The notes beneath the pieces are model-generated. The model did no database searches. It was not told the DNA's origin and saw nothing but the letters and a program-made list of their open reading frames with translations. From Catajapyx aquilonaris (Eukaryota): a stretch of DNA of 20,000 nucleotides. Below are positions 1 to 11,413 of the stretch, piece after piece; position 1 is the stretch's first letter, and every line of letters begins with the position of its first letter. The DNA lies in NCBI GenBank assembly GCA_000934665.2, contig JYFJ02002037.1, positions 44,691 through 64,690 on the forward strand. The letters are read 5' to 3'. A program made the translations under genes and the position numbers.

Positions 1-1135
1 CTCATTAACTCATGCTTCTTGCACACTTGAATGCATCAAGAATTGTACAATTTCAATCCATGTACCGTTAACCTGCTATAAAACATACAATGTAAGCAAC
101 ATCCCAACTTATTTCTATACCTGAATTGTAATGAAACAACTGCCCTAATATGCAGGGTGTTCCAATTGAAATCCCTTAGAGTGTGGAGTTTTTTAAACGC
201 TAAGTTGCTTATTTTCAAGTGATTACTTTGGAAGTTGCTTAACTGAAAACATATCTGAGGCCAGGTTTCACAGCCTCAGGGAGGGTTTTCTGTTCCAGAA
301 AGAGAGAGAAAATGGCCCGAAAAATGTGCTGCACATTTGCATCTCCCTCTAGTACTTCTTTCTATACTCGAAAAGAGTTTCTCCTAAGAAAGCATACATT
401 ACAAGAGCAAGGTATAGACCAGAGAGTATAGGTCTATACCTGGTGAAGCCACCTAAAAGGAAATGGCTATCTCTTGGCCGCTCCCCTCTAACTGGCTTCA
501 TAATTCACAATTTTCAGCCTCCAGGACCACATATGCCCTTCCCCTATGCTCTGATCTGGAGAGTGATGACCCTCAATGCCCAAAAGTGGGCTTTCACAAT
601 GTATTTCACCCTTTTAATACACGGATGTGTTTCGACAACCATGCCTGCACACATGCCAATCTTATGGCGAGTGGACATTGATGTTGAAAGTATAACACAT
701 GTCCTCCTCCCTCCCTGGAAATTGCTGAATTTGTGACAGCACATTTAACTTTTGACCAATCATTACCAGTTATTCGTATTTCTCGCATACGCCCTCTAAG
801 ACAATCCTTACTATCTGTTGTTAGTAGATAAGATTTTTGACAACCAAAGTAACTTCTTAAAACCAAGCAGCTTAGTGCCAAAAAATTGCTAAAATTGCTG
901 AATTAACAAATTGAGGGCATGATTATGATCACGTATAAAAACCGCCAAACCAACTATTTACCACTCAAACATTGCAGGTGCATCCCCTCCAAATATTTCA
1001 CTGCTGTTTTGAGCAACACTGTAGCCATATGTACTATTTCAAAATGAATAATGCAGAGGCCAGCCATTGATAAAATATTGTGCTGCCCCAACCCAGTATT
1101 TTAAAAATTTATCGATCCGGATCCTCAAAAGTTGC

Positions 1136-1136
<1 letters not shown>

Positions 1137-1207
<71 letters not shown>
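1137..1207. repeat. (TA)n microsatellite
   Basis: About 35 perfect TA units. Confidence 0.99.
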
Positions 1208-1210
<3 letters not shown>

Positions 1211-1655
1211 TCCTCCCAAGTGGAAACAGCCAATGTGTCCAATTGATTCAAACCCAATGGTGAATCAACCACCAATCTTTTACTCCCATTTAAAAAAAAA
1301 AAAAAAAAACTCAAGCCACAAAAATTTCTCCACAACCATCCTATCCTCCCATCCTGCCCAATGTCCCAACCCGAAAAGTTCCCCCCTCCAGCCAATGAAG
1401 TGCAGGACAAGTGTTGGGAACCCAGGCAAGCCATGCAACCTGTTCTCGTTTTTCTAGTTTCGCGAGATAAAATTATCCGTTTCGGGGCTTCGGACGTGGG
1501 ACAAGTGAGATGCAAAACCCGCCTCAACTCAACCACATTCCTGCCCCAACTTTCCCCCCTCCCTCCTTCCTTATATCTGGCCACTCTTGAAAAGACGGCA
1601 GGAGAGAAGGAGAAAAAAAGAAGACGGTGGGGGTAAGGAGAAGGGTGGAGGGGGT

Positions 1656-1683
1656 GAGAGAGAAAGAGAGAGAGAGAGAGAGA
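1656..1683. repeat. (GA)n microsatellite, imperfect
   Basis: GAGAGAGAAAGAGAGAGAG... run. Confidence 0.9.
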
Positions 1684-2504
1684 AAAAAAAAATTCCAACC
1701 TCGCAGAAATTTCACCCGGAGTGTACCTCAACAAAGAAGTGGCAGTATGAGGTCACCAGGAAGAAAAGAAAACGGAAGGAGTAGCCAAAAAAATAAATAA
1801 ACAACAACAACAATCTGTGCCTGAAGGATGACTGTTGACAAAATTCCATCGTGCAGATTTGGCACACAAAAGCCGGGCGATTGTACTATGACCTAATAAA
1901 AATGCCTCTGCAAATGAGTCATAAAGTCACTTTCACTGGCTGCATACTTTTTCCCGGCTGTCAATCCCTTTTCCACACTGCAGAGTACAATGGTCGTTTA
2001 GAAATGACTGTTTCGGTGCTTACAGGCACTATGGGAGGAGGAGGAGGGGGAACAGAGTAGCAAGTATGTGTGTACTTGCACTGAGGCTAGAAAATCCGGC
2101 TAGATATTTAAAATGTCAATCATGAGGCACCATATTGCATGGATGGCACATTCCAGTTGACAAATTTATTGCTTGACTGTCATGACCCACCTCTGAAAAT
2201 ATTGTAGTTGTGAATTTCTAGTGTAAAGATGATAGGAGGAGGGTATGCATTGTTTTACACTGAAGATCGATGGCTGCCAATGCAAAGCTAAAATAACTTT
2301 CATTCCACACTGCATGTCGTACTACAAATGAATCATAGTACCATACCATTTTCATTGTTACACAGTTGTAATTATTTGACCTGCTTTTTATTAAACCAAC
2401 CAACTGCAACCTGAACCAAAAAAAAATAATCCCTCAGGATGAATAAATGCTCCTAAATTTTATTCATCCAAATATACCATAATTTTTGTGCACATAATAC
2501 TTAC

Positions 2505-2613
2505 AACTGGTTCTTGAGTTATTGAGGTTGGTGAGTGCATTGTGAAGGTGCTGGTACTCATCCTCAGCGAAGTACAACCTCTGCTCCTTCACATCTAGGA
2601 TCTCCCGTTTAGC
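2505..2613 (-). CDS. kibra: Kibra/WWC family protein, coding exon 4 (coiled coil); gene continues beyond window start
   Basis: Acceptor ttcattgcag|GCT and donor T|GTAAGT; 109 nt, phase 0 start matches exon 3. Encodes AKREILDVKEQRLYFAEDEYQHLHNALTNLNNSRTS, like Kibra AxKEIYxVKQQRLxLAQxEYxxL. Not in the supplied ORF track. Confidence 0.93.
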
Positions 2614-4311
2614 CTGCAATGAACGAGATACAAATCATTCAGTGCAATTATTCATTTCCAGTGAGAGAGATAAGGGAAGACGAAAAAACTAGTATAACTA
2701 CCAGATCCCACAATCCAAGTGTAACGTGAAGGCATACCTAAAACTCTACCTCTCCCCACTCCCCCACCTCCAAATGAGCTTTCTCCACAACATTCCTGAA
2801 ATTCATTCTCATTACTCGCCCTGTTTATCAACCAAATATTTCTCCTATATATATATATATTTTTTTTTACAAAAAAAAAAAGATACAGCAATTGCGTCAC
2901 GCCTTTGTTCGCCAAAAATGCTGTTCCATCCCGGACCTTCCTTAACCAACCTTTTCTTCTTCCTTCTCAGAGAATACCCTCCAGTGGTAATAAATGTAGG
3001 GTCCTAGTGGGAAGTTTCCCCACAAAGGATGTTCCCTGGAACATTGTACCACAGTGTCGGAATAATGCGATTATAATGAACTGGCTTGTGCGTGTCGCAA
3101 TTAGGACTACGATGGAACGAATTAAAATGTTGGGAAACGTCACGTGTGCTAGCAGTGAATCAAACGGCTTTTAAATGCTGGGTGGTCCAAATCTCCTTTA
3201 ATCTCCATGTAACATTAATCAGCCCCTATCAATCAAGTAGCACTAGATCATCCTATCATGAATTGCGACTTTACAATTATACGAATGGTGACACCGACTT
3301 TCGAACGTGACACGAGAAGCCTAGGGAATCCCACTAATAATTACATACTATGTTTAGTTATTATTCCGTGTATTAAACCGTGCCAAATATTATTTAAAAC
3401 CCACTTAACACTCCGATCTAGATAATGTAATTACCACCACAATCCAATTACACATTCTCACATTCTTCTGCGCTCTTTTTTTATTTTATTTTTTTAAAAA
3501 GCTAATATAAAAAAAAACTCCCTCGGGAGGTAAAAATTAATAACGTCCTTCTCCCCTTGACATAGCAGGTTTTGAAAGGAAGAGGATGTCCTCTCTTGGA
3601 GCCTACCTGGCGGATCCTAGGTATTGGGGAGCGGGTGGAAGTGGAGGGGAGGGGGAGGGGGCGCATTCCACCACAATCCCCCACCACCCCTACTTTTATC
3701 TCCACCCACTGAACCACCCACCTAACTGGGTGCCTAAAGAACAAAAATGCGTTGGCCACGGGATCAACCTATCTCTTTCGAGACATATACACTCTTGCGT
3801 ATGTGCATTTATTATTAATATTATTGTTATTATTGAAAATGTACACCGCGCCACTATACCGGAATTTAATCACGAGATCTTGCAAATTCGGCGGAAAATA
3901 TTTTAAAACCTTATCGAATGAAAGCTTTTTACTACTATTACGTATTATAATCTTGATACACATTATATCAGTAGGCCTGAATTAAACAGGACCGGAAATT
4001 GTAAATGTAAAAATTACTGCCGTGAATAGTGACGTACTTATCATTAGGGGCTTCGGGTGGAAGATTTGGTCAAATTACAGCTTAAATATGTATCACATGT
4101 GCGTAAAGCGTGGGAAAGTAGGTCATAACTCAAATTATGCAGACCTTTCCTGAATAGTACCCTCACGGACTGAGGTACGAAGAAACCTGTATTCCTTCTG
4201 TTAAAATAGATGGAATCACCTCAATATTGCAACATTATTCCTGTTTAGAAATAGCATTGCTTGCACTATCAACATAATTTTAATATTAAAAGTTTCCTTG
4301 CTTTGAAACCG

Positions 4312-4326
4312 CATTCCTTACATTCC
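4312..4326 (+). promoter_or_regulatory. Tandem TEAD/Scalloped double site in intron 3
   Basis: CATTCC-tta-CATTCC: two direct M-CAT cores with the 3-nt spacing known for cooperative TEAD binding. Confidence 0.55.
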
Positions 4327-5312
4327 TCATTAATGTCATCATTGTTTCCCCACATAGTAATACATACCACACCTCCTCATTATTCACGTCACCTCATTTA
4401 AGCCAAACTAGCTTCACTAGATATTACTCCACAATTGAAAACAATACCGCCATTGCTAGCCTGCAATTATGCAATGGCCCAACATGCCAAATCTTAACCT
4501 TAGCATCACGGCTCAAGTCGTGCTATTTTCAAGCATTGTTTCCTCTCCATAACAATGCGGCCAATAATTTGAGAACATCATGCACTTCGTTTGTATATAC
4601 GTAAACATGAGAGTGGGAAGATTACGATATTCCCATCCGATGACACATAGGTGAATCCACAAGCCCGATTTTTATCAAAAGCACAAATAGACTGAGCCGC
4701 TATATTTCGGAAACATTCACATGCCAGAAGGCTATGACAACCGTAGTTCATGCGCAATAATCCTGATCTGGTGCAATGTCTACAGATTTTTATCCGACTG
4801 ATTTCTGCTCGATATGACGTTCGTGCTGTGTAAACGCAGCATATGTGCAAGACATTCAAGAGATGGCCTCCCCATCTCTGAAGCACACAAATGGTTTGAA
4901 GAAGAAGAAAGAAAAAAAAAAATTGAGAAGCAGCAAGTCAATCATGATCCGCCTCGGGTCAGGCAGATATGGGCGCAGCGTTGCCAAACCTTTCCTCCCA
5001 TCCCCCAACAACAACAAAATGCTCCCAGACACACTACCACACTTTTGGACACATTTCCACAATCTCCCATACTCCATTCCGAAAAAAAAAAGCAGTCGCT
5101 AAACAACCCCCCGCGTCATCCGCGTCCTCAATGTCCTCAGCATCTGAAGGCTAGGCAACCATGACCCAATTGACCATCTTTTTTTTTTTCTTCTCCCCCC
5201 ACTCTTTTTTTGTGTGTGTATGCAGGGTGTCCCTGCGTAGTTCGGTAGCAGCAGGTGGATCATCCCACCTTTTAAAATACAAGGTTGTCAAATGGGGCGG
5301 TGCTGGACTTAC

Positions 5313-5407
5313 CTCGATTTCCTCCTTGGCCGTGTGCACGTAGTCGCGCAGCATGGCCTCCTGGATGTCCCTCCACTCCAGCCTAGGATCCTCCAGCTGA
5401 GTTGTCT
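5313..5407 (-). CDS. kibra: Kibra/WWC family protein, coding exon 3 (end of atypical WW2, start of helical region)
   Basis: Acceptor tttttaacag|AG after a 95-nt intron and donor GAG|GTAAGT; 95 nt. Encodes (Q)TTQLEDPRLEWRDIQEAMLRDYVHTAKEEIE, like Kibra TTQIEDPRxxWRxxQExMLKDYL. Confidence 0.95.
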
Positions 5408-5502
5408 CTGTTAAAAATTTTAAAAAATTTTAAAAAATCAAATTAGCTTCATAAATATTTTAATATATGAAATAATTACACCGCAAAAATGACAATACTT
5501 AC

Positions 5503-5612
5503 GTTTAATATGATTGATGAAATACACGCCGATATGCGGATCGTAGGCCTGTTCCCAGCCCCAAGGAAGCTCGTTCCCGATACAATCCGCGAAACTCTGC
5601 GGCTTGGTGAGT
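5503..5612 (-). CDS. kibra: Kibra/WWC family protein, coding exon 2 (WW domain 2)
   Basis: Acceptor ttgtgtctag|A and donor C|GTAAGT; 110 nt, phase-compatible with exon 1. Encodes [36 protein letters not shown], the diagnostic Kibra TKPxxFADCIxxELPxGWE motif. Confidence 0.96.
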
Positions 5613-5886
5613 CTAGACACAAAAAGAATGCAAGGAATTAGTCACAATCGCCATTCAGCAGAATGTTGCGTCAATGAATACGGCAGACAATGTATCGTGT
5701 GCGACCCCCATGCCGTTTAGTCAGCCGCTCCCCCCAAAAAGAATGCGATTAAAGCGGACCTGTTTATAAATAACCGGGACATTGTATTTACGCGCCGTAA
5801 CATTCCCAAGGAGTACTCAGCGATCTTCGTTGTGACCCCCTATCCTTGGCTCCCCCCCCCCCCCAACCCTCTAAGAATATTTATAC

Positions 5887-5890
<4 letters not shown>

Positions 5891-5958
<68 letters not shown>
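5891..5958. repeat. (GA)n microsatellite
   Basis: 34 perfect GA units in intron 1. Confidence 0.99.
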
Positions 5959-5960
<2 letters not shown>

Positions 5961-7157
5961 CGGGCTCGCGAGACGAGATTCTGGCAACATTCAAACATAC
6001 ATCCGGCAACCCTGGAATTCCAGGGAGGACCCCTCCCCTGTTCCCCTTGTTCACAAACGGGAGATAGTTGGGGATGGCGGCGGGAGGAGAGGGGAGGGCA
6101 AGGGGGTGGGAAAGAAGGGAATGTGTAGGTATCCCCCACTCATTTCCTTGCTTCAAAAAACTTTGATTTTTTTTTTTGTACTAGTCCGTCAGCCCTTGCA
6201 CAATCCGGCACCCGCGCATTTTAATACGTGACCTTATTAAGAGAGAATTTGTAGTACACGTGACACTGTTGATCATCATTAACGTACCTAGAATAATCAA
6301 ATCACGGACCGCCAAATAAAATCCAAAAAAAAAATACGATCCTAAAAAAAATTAAATTTAGTGTCCCACTACTGGCGTTACGGCATCAAAAATAAAACGG
6401 TTGACATTATGAGAGCTTGGCATGTGATAAACTCCTGGAGTTCCTTTCAGATAACACGGGCATCTTATCTACCACGGAATCCCAAGGTCTACGCCTGAAA
6501 CATCTCTAAATGCCACACATTTTCGGCCGTTTTATCTCCAAGGTGACGACACAGGTCACTGACATACCAACAGAATACGAACTTAGGCGGCCGGCGTTCA
6601 AAAAAAAAAAAAAAAACGTATTAAAAAAAAAAAACGGGCCCGGTTTCAGTTATGCCCGGAATCCATCTTGGTCCGACCCAGACATACTTTGTGCAAACCA
6701 CCATTGGCTAATATGTACTCCGCAAGTTATTTACACGCACAAACTAAGTGGGAGGAGCTGCCCGTTTCCAAAAGAAGATTTTCTGGACCGGGCTCAAAAA
6801 TGGGCCGCCATTTCTCACGTGCCTCGAATTCCGCTCATTCTCACTGCCGAATCGCACCANTCCAATCCCATTTTCAGATTTTGACCCCCTCGAAAAAAAA
6901 AAAAAAAAAAACATTATTGGCACGAGAAAAAGCTGTTGCCACGCGTTATGCAAGACGCCGCAGTGAAAATATTTTGCACCGCGTTTTTCGCGCGCAAACG
7001 ACTTTTTCGCACTTAATGTATGTATTGGCAAGGATTTTCAAAATATCATTTTTTTTTAATGACCTGCAACCCGGGGAAGGGTACTTGGCATCATCTTTCA
7101 AAGCATTCCTGTTACGTAGCCCCTGTGTGAACTTACGCACCAAGTGCAAGTACGCAG

Positions 7158-7263
7158 CCAGAAGTACAATGTCTGTTTTTTTTTTTAACTTGCAGATTCG
7201 TTGCTTTACCAGAAGTACAAGGTGTTTCAAAAAAAAACTTGCAGATTCGCATATTGCTTTACC
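7158..7263 (+). repeat. 51-bp-period tandem duplication
   Basis: CCAGAAGTACAA...AACTTGCAGATTCG...TTGCTTTACC occurs at 7158 and 7209. Confidence 0.85.
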
Positions 7264-8348
7264 CCCTACCTGAAATGGGAAAATGGCGCCCAGAATGAAT
7301 GTACTCGGAAGGCGTCCATCAACATGCGAGCTTTACTTTTTTTTTTTTTACCTCTCTCTCCCTTGCTTGTACCTGGCAGCATTTGATCAGTTCCCCAGAG
7401 AACTGGCTGCGAATCCCACGCATGGTGTTTTAACAACCCCCTTTGGAATATTAAAGCTGCCTCGCTATGGGAAATCCCCGGTTAACTATTTTTTTTAACA
7501 GCCTTTAATCACTGCAATGAAGCCGCTTGTGTATAAACATGATTATCGAGTGCCCTTTTTTTTAACGAAAAAATCCTAGAAAGCTTGAGAAAATGTATTG
7601 GAAACGCGATTTCACAATGAACCCTTTGCAACCTGGTTGCACCGGCAACCCACCAAAAAATTGAAGTTATGGAATGCGGGCAACATGTGAATGAAGAGAA
7701 ATAGCCCAGGGTTAGAAATAAAACGCATACCAATGCGTGTCATTCCCCGACTTCTTTTATTGGCGCAAAAATGTATCCTCAACCCCCCCTCTATATGTCC
7801 AAGAAAGGCGAGAACACCCCTAACCCCCTTAAAAAAAACAAGAAAAAAAAACGCATTCCTGGCCGCCAGATGGGAACCAAGGTCCTGGGTTCGACCTCCC
7901 CCGCCCCGACCCTCCACCCCCTTTTCCGCTGCCCCAGGCCATATTTCAAAGCATGCCGAAGATCTTCACGGGCACAAAAAAAAACAAAAAAAAACGCAGA
8001 CCTTATCAATTGTCATTCCACCCATATTTGAAAATATGCACTTTTCACTCTACTTAAAAAATGGTTACGCAAACCATGCGCGATTCAACAAAACTACAGT
8101 AAACGGCTCTCTCACGGGGTCTGAAAAACCAGGCTGGGGGTCACTGACCCTCTTTTTTTTTAATGCGAAGATATTTTTCCTTTCCTTTTAATCTCAGCGG
8201 GTGGAAAAAACTGAAAAAAAAATTTGTAAAAAAGTGCAGGCTGGAATGGAGGAAGTGGTCCAGAGACTGAGGAGCCTAAAAATACGGCCCAGAATCCGAG
8301 AGACAGTCTGGCGTCTTTTCTGCTCACATACTCAAACGTTTTGCAAGA

Positions 8349-8374
8349 TGTGTGTGTGTGTGTGTGTGTGTGTG
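8349..8374. repeat. (TG)n microsatellite
   Basis: 13 TG units. Confidence 0.97.
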
Positions 8375-11228
8375 GAGGGTGAGCAAGGTCACAATTAGAA
8401 CCTTTAAAAAAAAAAAGTCAGGATCGTAAACGCATTTTGGCATATCGTAAAAACCGGCACGAATTATGTCATAAGTCTCATAACATCCCCCCAGTCCTTG
8501 TTACGCCAAAATTTTTGCCAATTGCAGAATGGAATTTTTTCGATGTCAAGATTTTTGAACCCCACCCACCCCCACCCACAGGAAGCTTGTACCCGCATCA
8601 ACCCCCAAGACGCTCAAAATTTTGGAAGCTTTCCAGACACTTCCGTTCGTTACCCTCCTCTTTTATTCCTGCTGCTATTTTTCCATCTCCGCCTTACGCA
8701 AATGCTCATCATGGCAATGATATTGCTCACACCAGACCTTGCAATAACATACCCTCATACAGGAAAATGTACCCTATAAACAGTACCTGCTAATTGTTGA
8801 ATTTAAAATTGGGCAAATTTATTTAAAAAAAACACACACCGGTCCAATTATTATATTCCAAACAAATGGCGACAGTCCCGTGCAATACAATGGGCTTAAA
8901 TAAACCTGAATCAGTCTAACTCAATATGTCAGTTGTAAATTAATTAAGCCACTTACATCTCCTTATGTAATCAAGCTGACAATGCAGACAGTTTGAATAT
9001 AAAAAAGAGCGCAATAAATGCTGATTATGCAACCGTGGCCACAAAGTGGCTCAACAAAACTCATGGCCAACAAATTGGCAGTCAGATTGTCAGCGGGGGT
9101 TGGTTGGGTAGGGGGGGTGTAGGGGGTGGGTCGGTGGGTGTTTGCTACCTTGAACTGACCCGAGGAGGTCGTAGGGAAGTTTGTGAATCTATAAGCCGAG
9201 GAATTGGGGGAGGGGGGGGGGGGTGAGCCAAGGGGAAGGGGACACCTCACATCTGTCCATGACTTCCTTTTTCTTCAAAAGGAGAAAACCTTCAACTTCC
9301 CCGCATTCCTAAACCAATTCCTGTGACCTCCACGAGGAATTTTTAACATTTTTAGAGGCCGTTTCCTTGCAGTTTTTCCCAGCCCACTTTCGCCTTGGGA
9401 ATTCGCAATAATTTCTCCTAAACGCATTTCAGCTTGGAACATCGATATATATATATATATTTTTTTAAAGTAATGCCCGTACCCTACTAGTGTACACAAA
9501 AAATAGGGTGGACGAATAGTTCATACCGCATATTTCAATTTCAGCGTGGCACATGTGCATGACGCCATGAGCAATCATCCGTTAACCAGAAAATGCCATT
9601 CAGATATCATCAGATATGTGGTAACTCAGATAATGTCGATGGGATTACAAGTAGTAATGAATCAAGTGTCTATATTTGTTCCGATTTATATGTAACCACT
9701 AAAAACCCCCACACACAAAACTGAAATTAGGGAAGTGAAATTCAAGCCCATGAGCGGCCTTGCCAAGGTGTGCTGTGCAACGGAATATATGGGCACCATT
9801 TTTTTTAAATTGCTTTTCATGTCAAGTTCCAACAATGCGGCCAGCGATTACTGACCAAATTAATGTCACGAGAAATCCGATTAGGCTCCAGAATTACGAG
9901 GTGGAGTTTTTAATATGTCTTATTCAATCACCTGTTATCAGGTATCGCAATGAGTGTGTGGCATGCGCCCAACCCGTATTGTTTGGACGAGGTGGGTGTC
10001 AAGTGACATGAAAAGTAGCTATTCAGACGTGCCGCACATTGTTACGGAACAATGTGTATGCTCTAGGAAAAAAAATTATCGTCGCCCTACACATCAGCTC
10101 GTAAATCACATGTACGCACTCGTCAAACGAGCCTAATCGCCACATTGGTAGTACTACGTCAATGACAAACTAGATATTTCATTGCCCATTCAAAGTACTG
10201 GGAAGAAGAAGAAAAATGTCTGAACAGCTCGAATGACTTTTCGTCAATTCGCTCCTGGTATGGATGGAATGGTACTCAGGAAATACCCATCGTGTTACAA
10301 ACACGCCTGAAATTTTACACGTTCCTGTCTGCGTAGTATTGCAGATATTAACACGAACTAGGCTTAATCACACCTTGTACGACCATGTGTGCTGCAATAT
10401 ATCTGAATGTATCATGTAATTACTAGGATATATGGCCTGCCTTCCTAACCTTAATCCTAGCCTGTAATTGCACTGGACAAGCAATGCTAAGGTCGCGAAT
10501 CTTTTCAAGTGATTTTAATGCATTTTAATGACAGTAATTATTATCCCTGTATTTACCTCAATTTCATGTTATTTCCCGCATCCAAATTGCAAGGCACGTG
10601 ATTGTACCGTAAAAAGAAATGCTTTCCTTGTATGTTATCTCAGAATTCCAGGTACACCAGTGAAACTGTCAATTAATTTAGGTATGGCTTCAAAGAACAG
10701 GGTTTTTTTTTTTGGGGGGGGGGGGGGTTTCAACCCATTTTGGTTTGGCGCCGGGCTGATTTTTAAAAAACCAAAACACATTCTTATATCCTTAACTCTT
10801 GCATATAAAAAAAAAACTGCGACTGACCAACTGGTTCTCTCCCGCTTCCTTCGACCCATGCCGCATTCTTCTCCCCAGGTGTCAGCACCCACACCTCCCA
10901 CCCCCTACATTAATGTCACGTTTTTCCTGCCTCCCAAAATCAGAGCCTACGAGAAATTCTTGCACCCTCTTCATTCGACATGTGCGTTGACACACAGTGA
11001 TGCCACTGACCACATAGTAAATCTAGAACATGTGCATCTGACAAATATTTAGGGGTCTGGCATTCCCCCCACATACGACTGTCACATTACTCGTTCCCCC
11101 CCTCATTTCTCGCGGCACGAGGAATTCCATGATCCTATCGCTGACGTCGATCCATGTGGCCCATCCCTCCCTTGGTAAGAATGTCACCTGTCCTCCCATG
11201 GAATGTGTCCTCAAAAATCAGCATGTAC

Positions 11229-11413
11229 CTGTCTCTTGGGTCGATCCATGTGGTCTGTCTCTTGTTGTGGTCGATGAAGTACAGCTTCCCGTCATAATCC
11301 TGTCCGACATCCCAACCGGCCGGAAGCGGGATGGACCCCCCAATCCCTGGTCCCATCCCGTCTCCATTGCACCTACTGCTCCTGCTGTTGCCGCTGCTGT
11401 TGCTCCGGGGCAT
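11229..11413 (-). CDS. kibra: Kibra/WWC family protein, first coding exon (start codon + WW domain 1)
   Basis: ATG at 11413 (context ACG-ATG) reads MPRSNSSGNSRSSRCNGDGMGPGIGGSIPLPAGWDVGQDYDGKLYFIDHNKRQTTWIDPRD-R, matching the Kibra/WWC1 N-terminal pattern PLPxGW...DxDGKxYxIDH...TxWIDPRDR. Ends at AG|GTACAT donor (phase 2); 185 nt. Confidence 0.95.

Noticed and set aside
1..2504. Next kibra exon (expected S-rich...KYDP motif)
   Set aside because: No matching minus-strand coding segment found by eye; probably lies outside the window.
5832..6156. ORFs with ERERER / LSLSLS runs (likewise YIYIYI at 1080-1457)
   Set aside because: Translations of dinucleotide microsatellites.
6668..7273. 201-aa ORF, longest in the track
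   Set aside because: Non-ATG start, poly-K/poly-F from homopolymers, contains an N, intronic and antisense to kibra.
10444..10463. Telomere-like CCTAACCTTAATCCTAGCCT
   Set aside because: Too short and degenerate to be meaningful.
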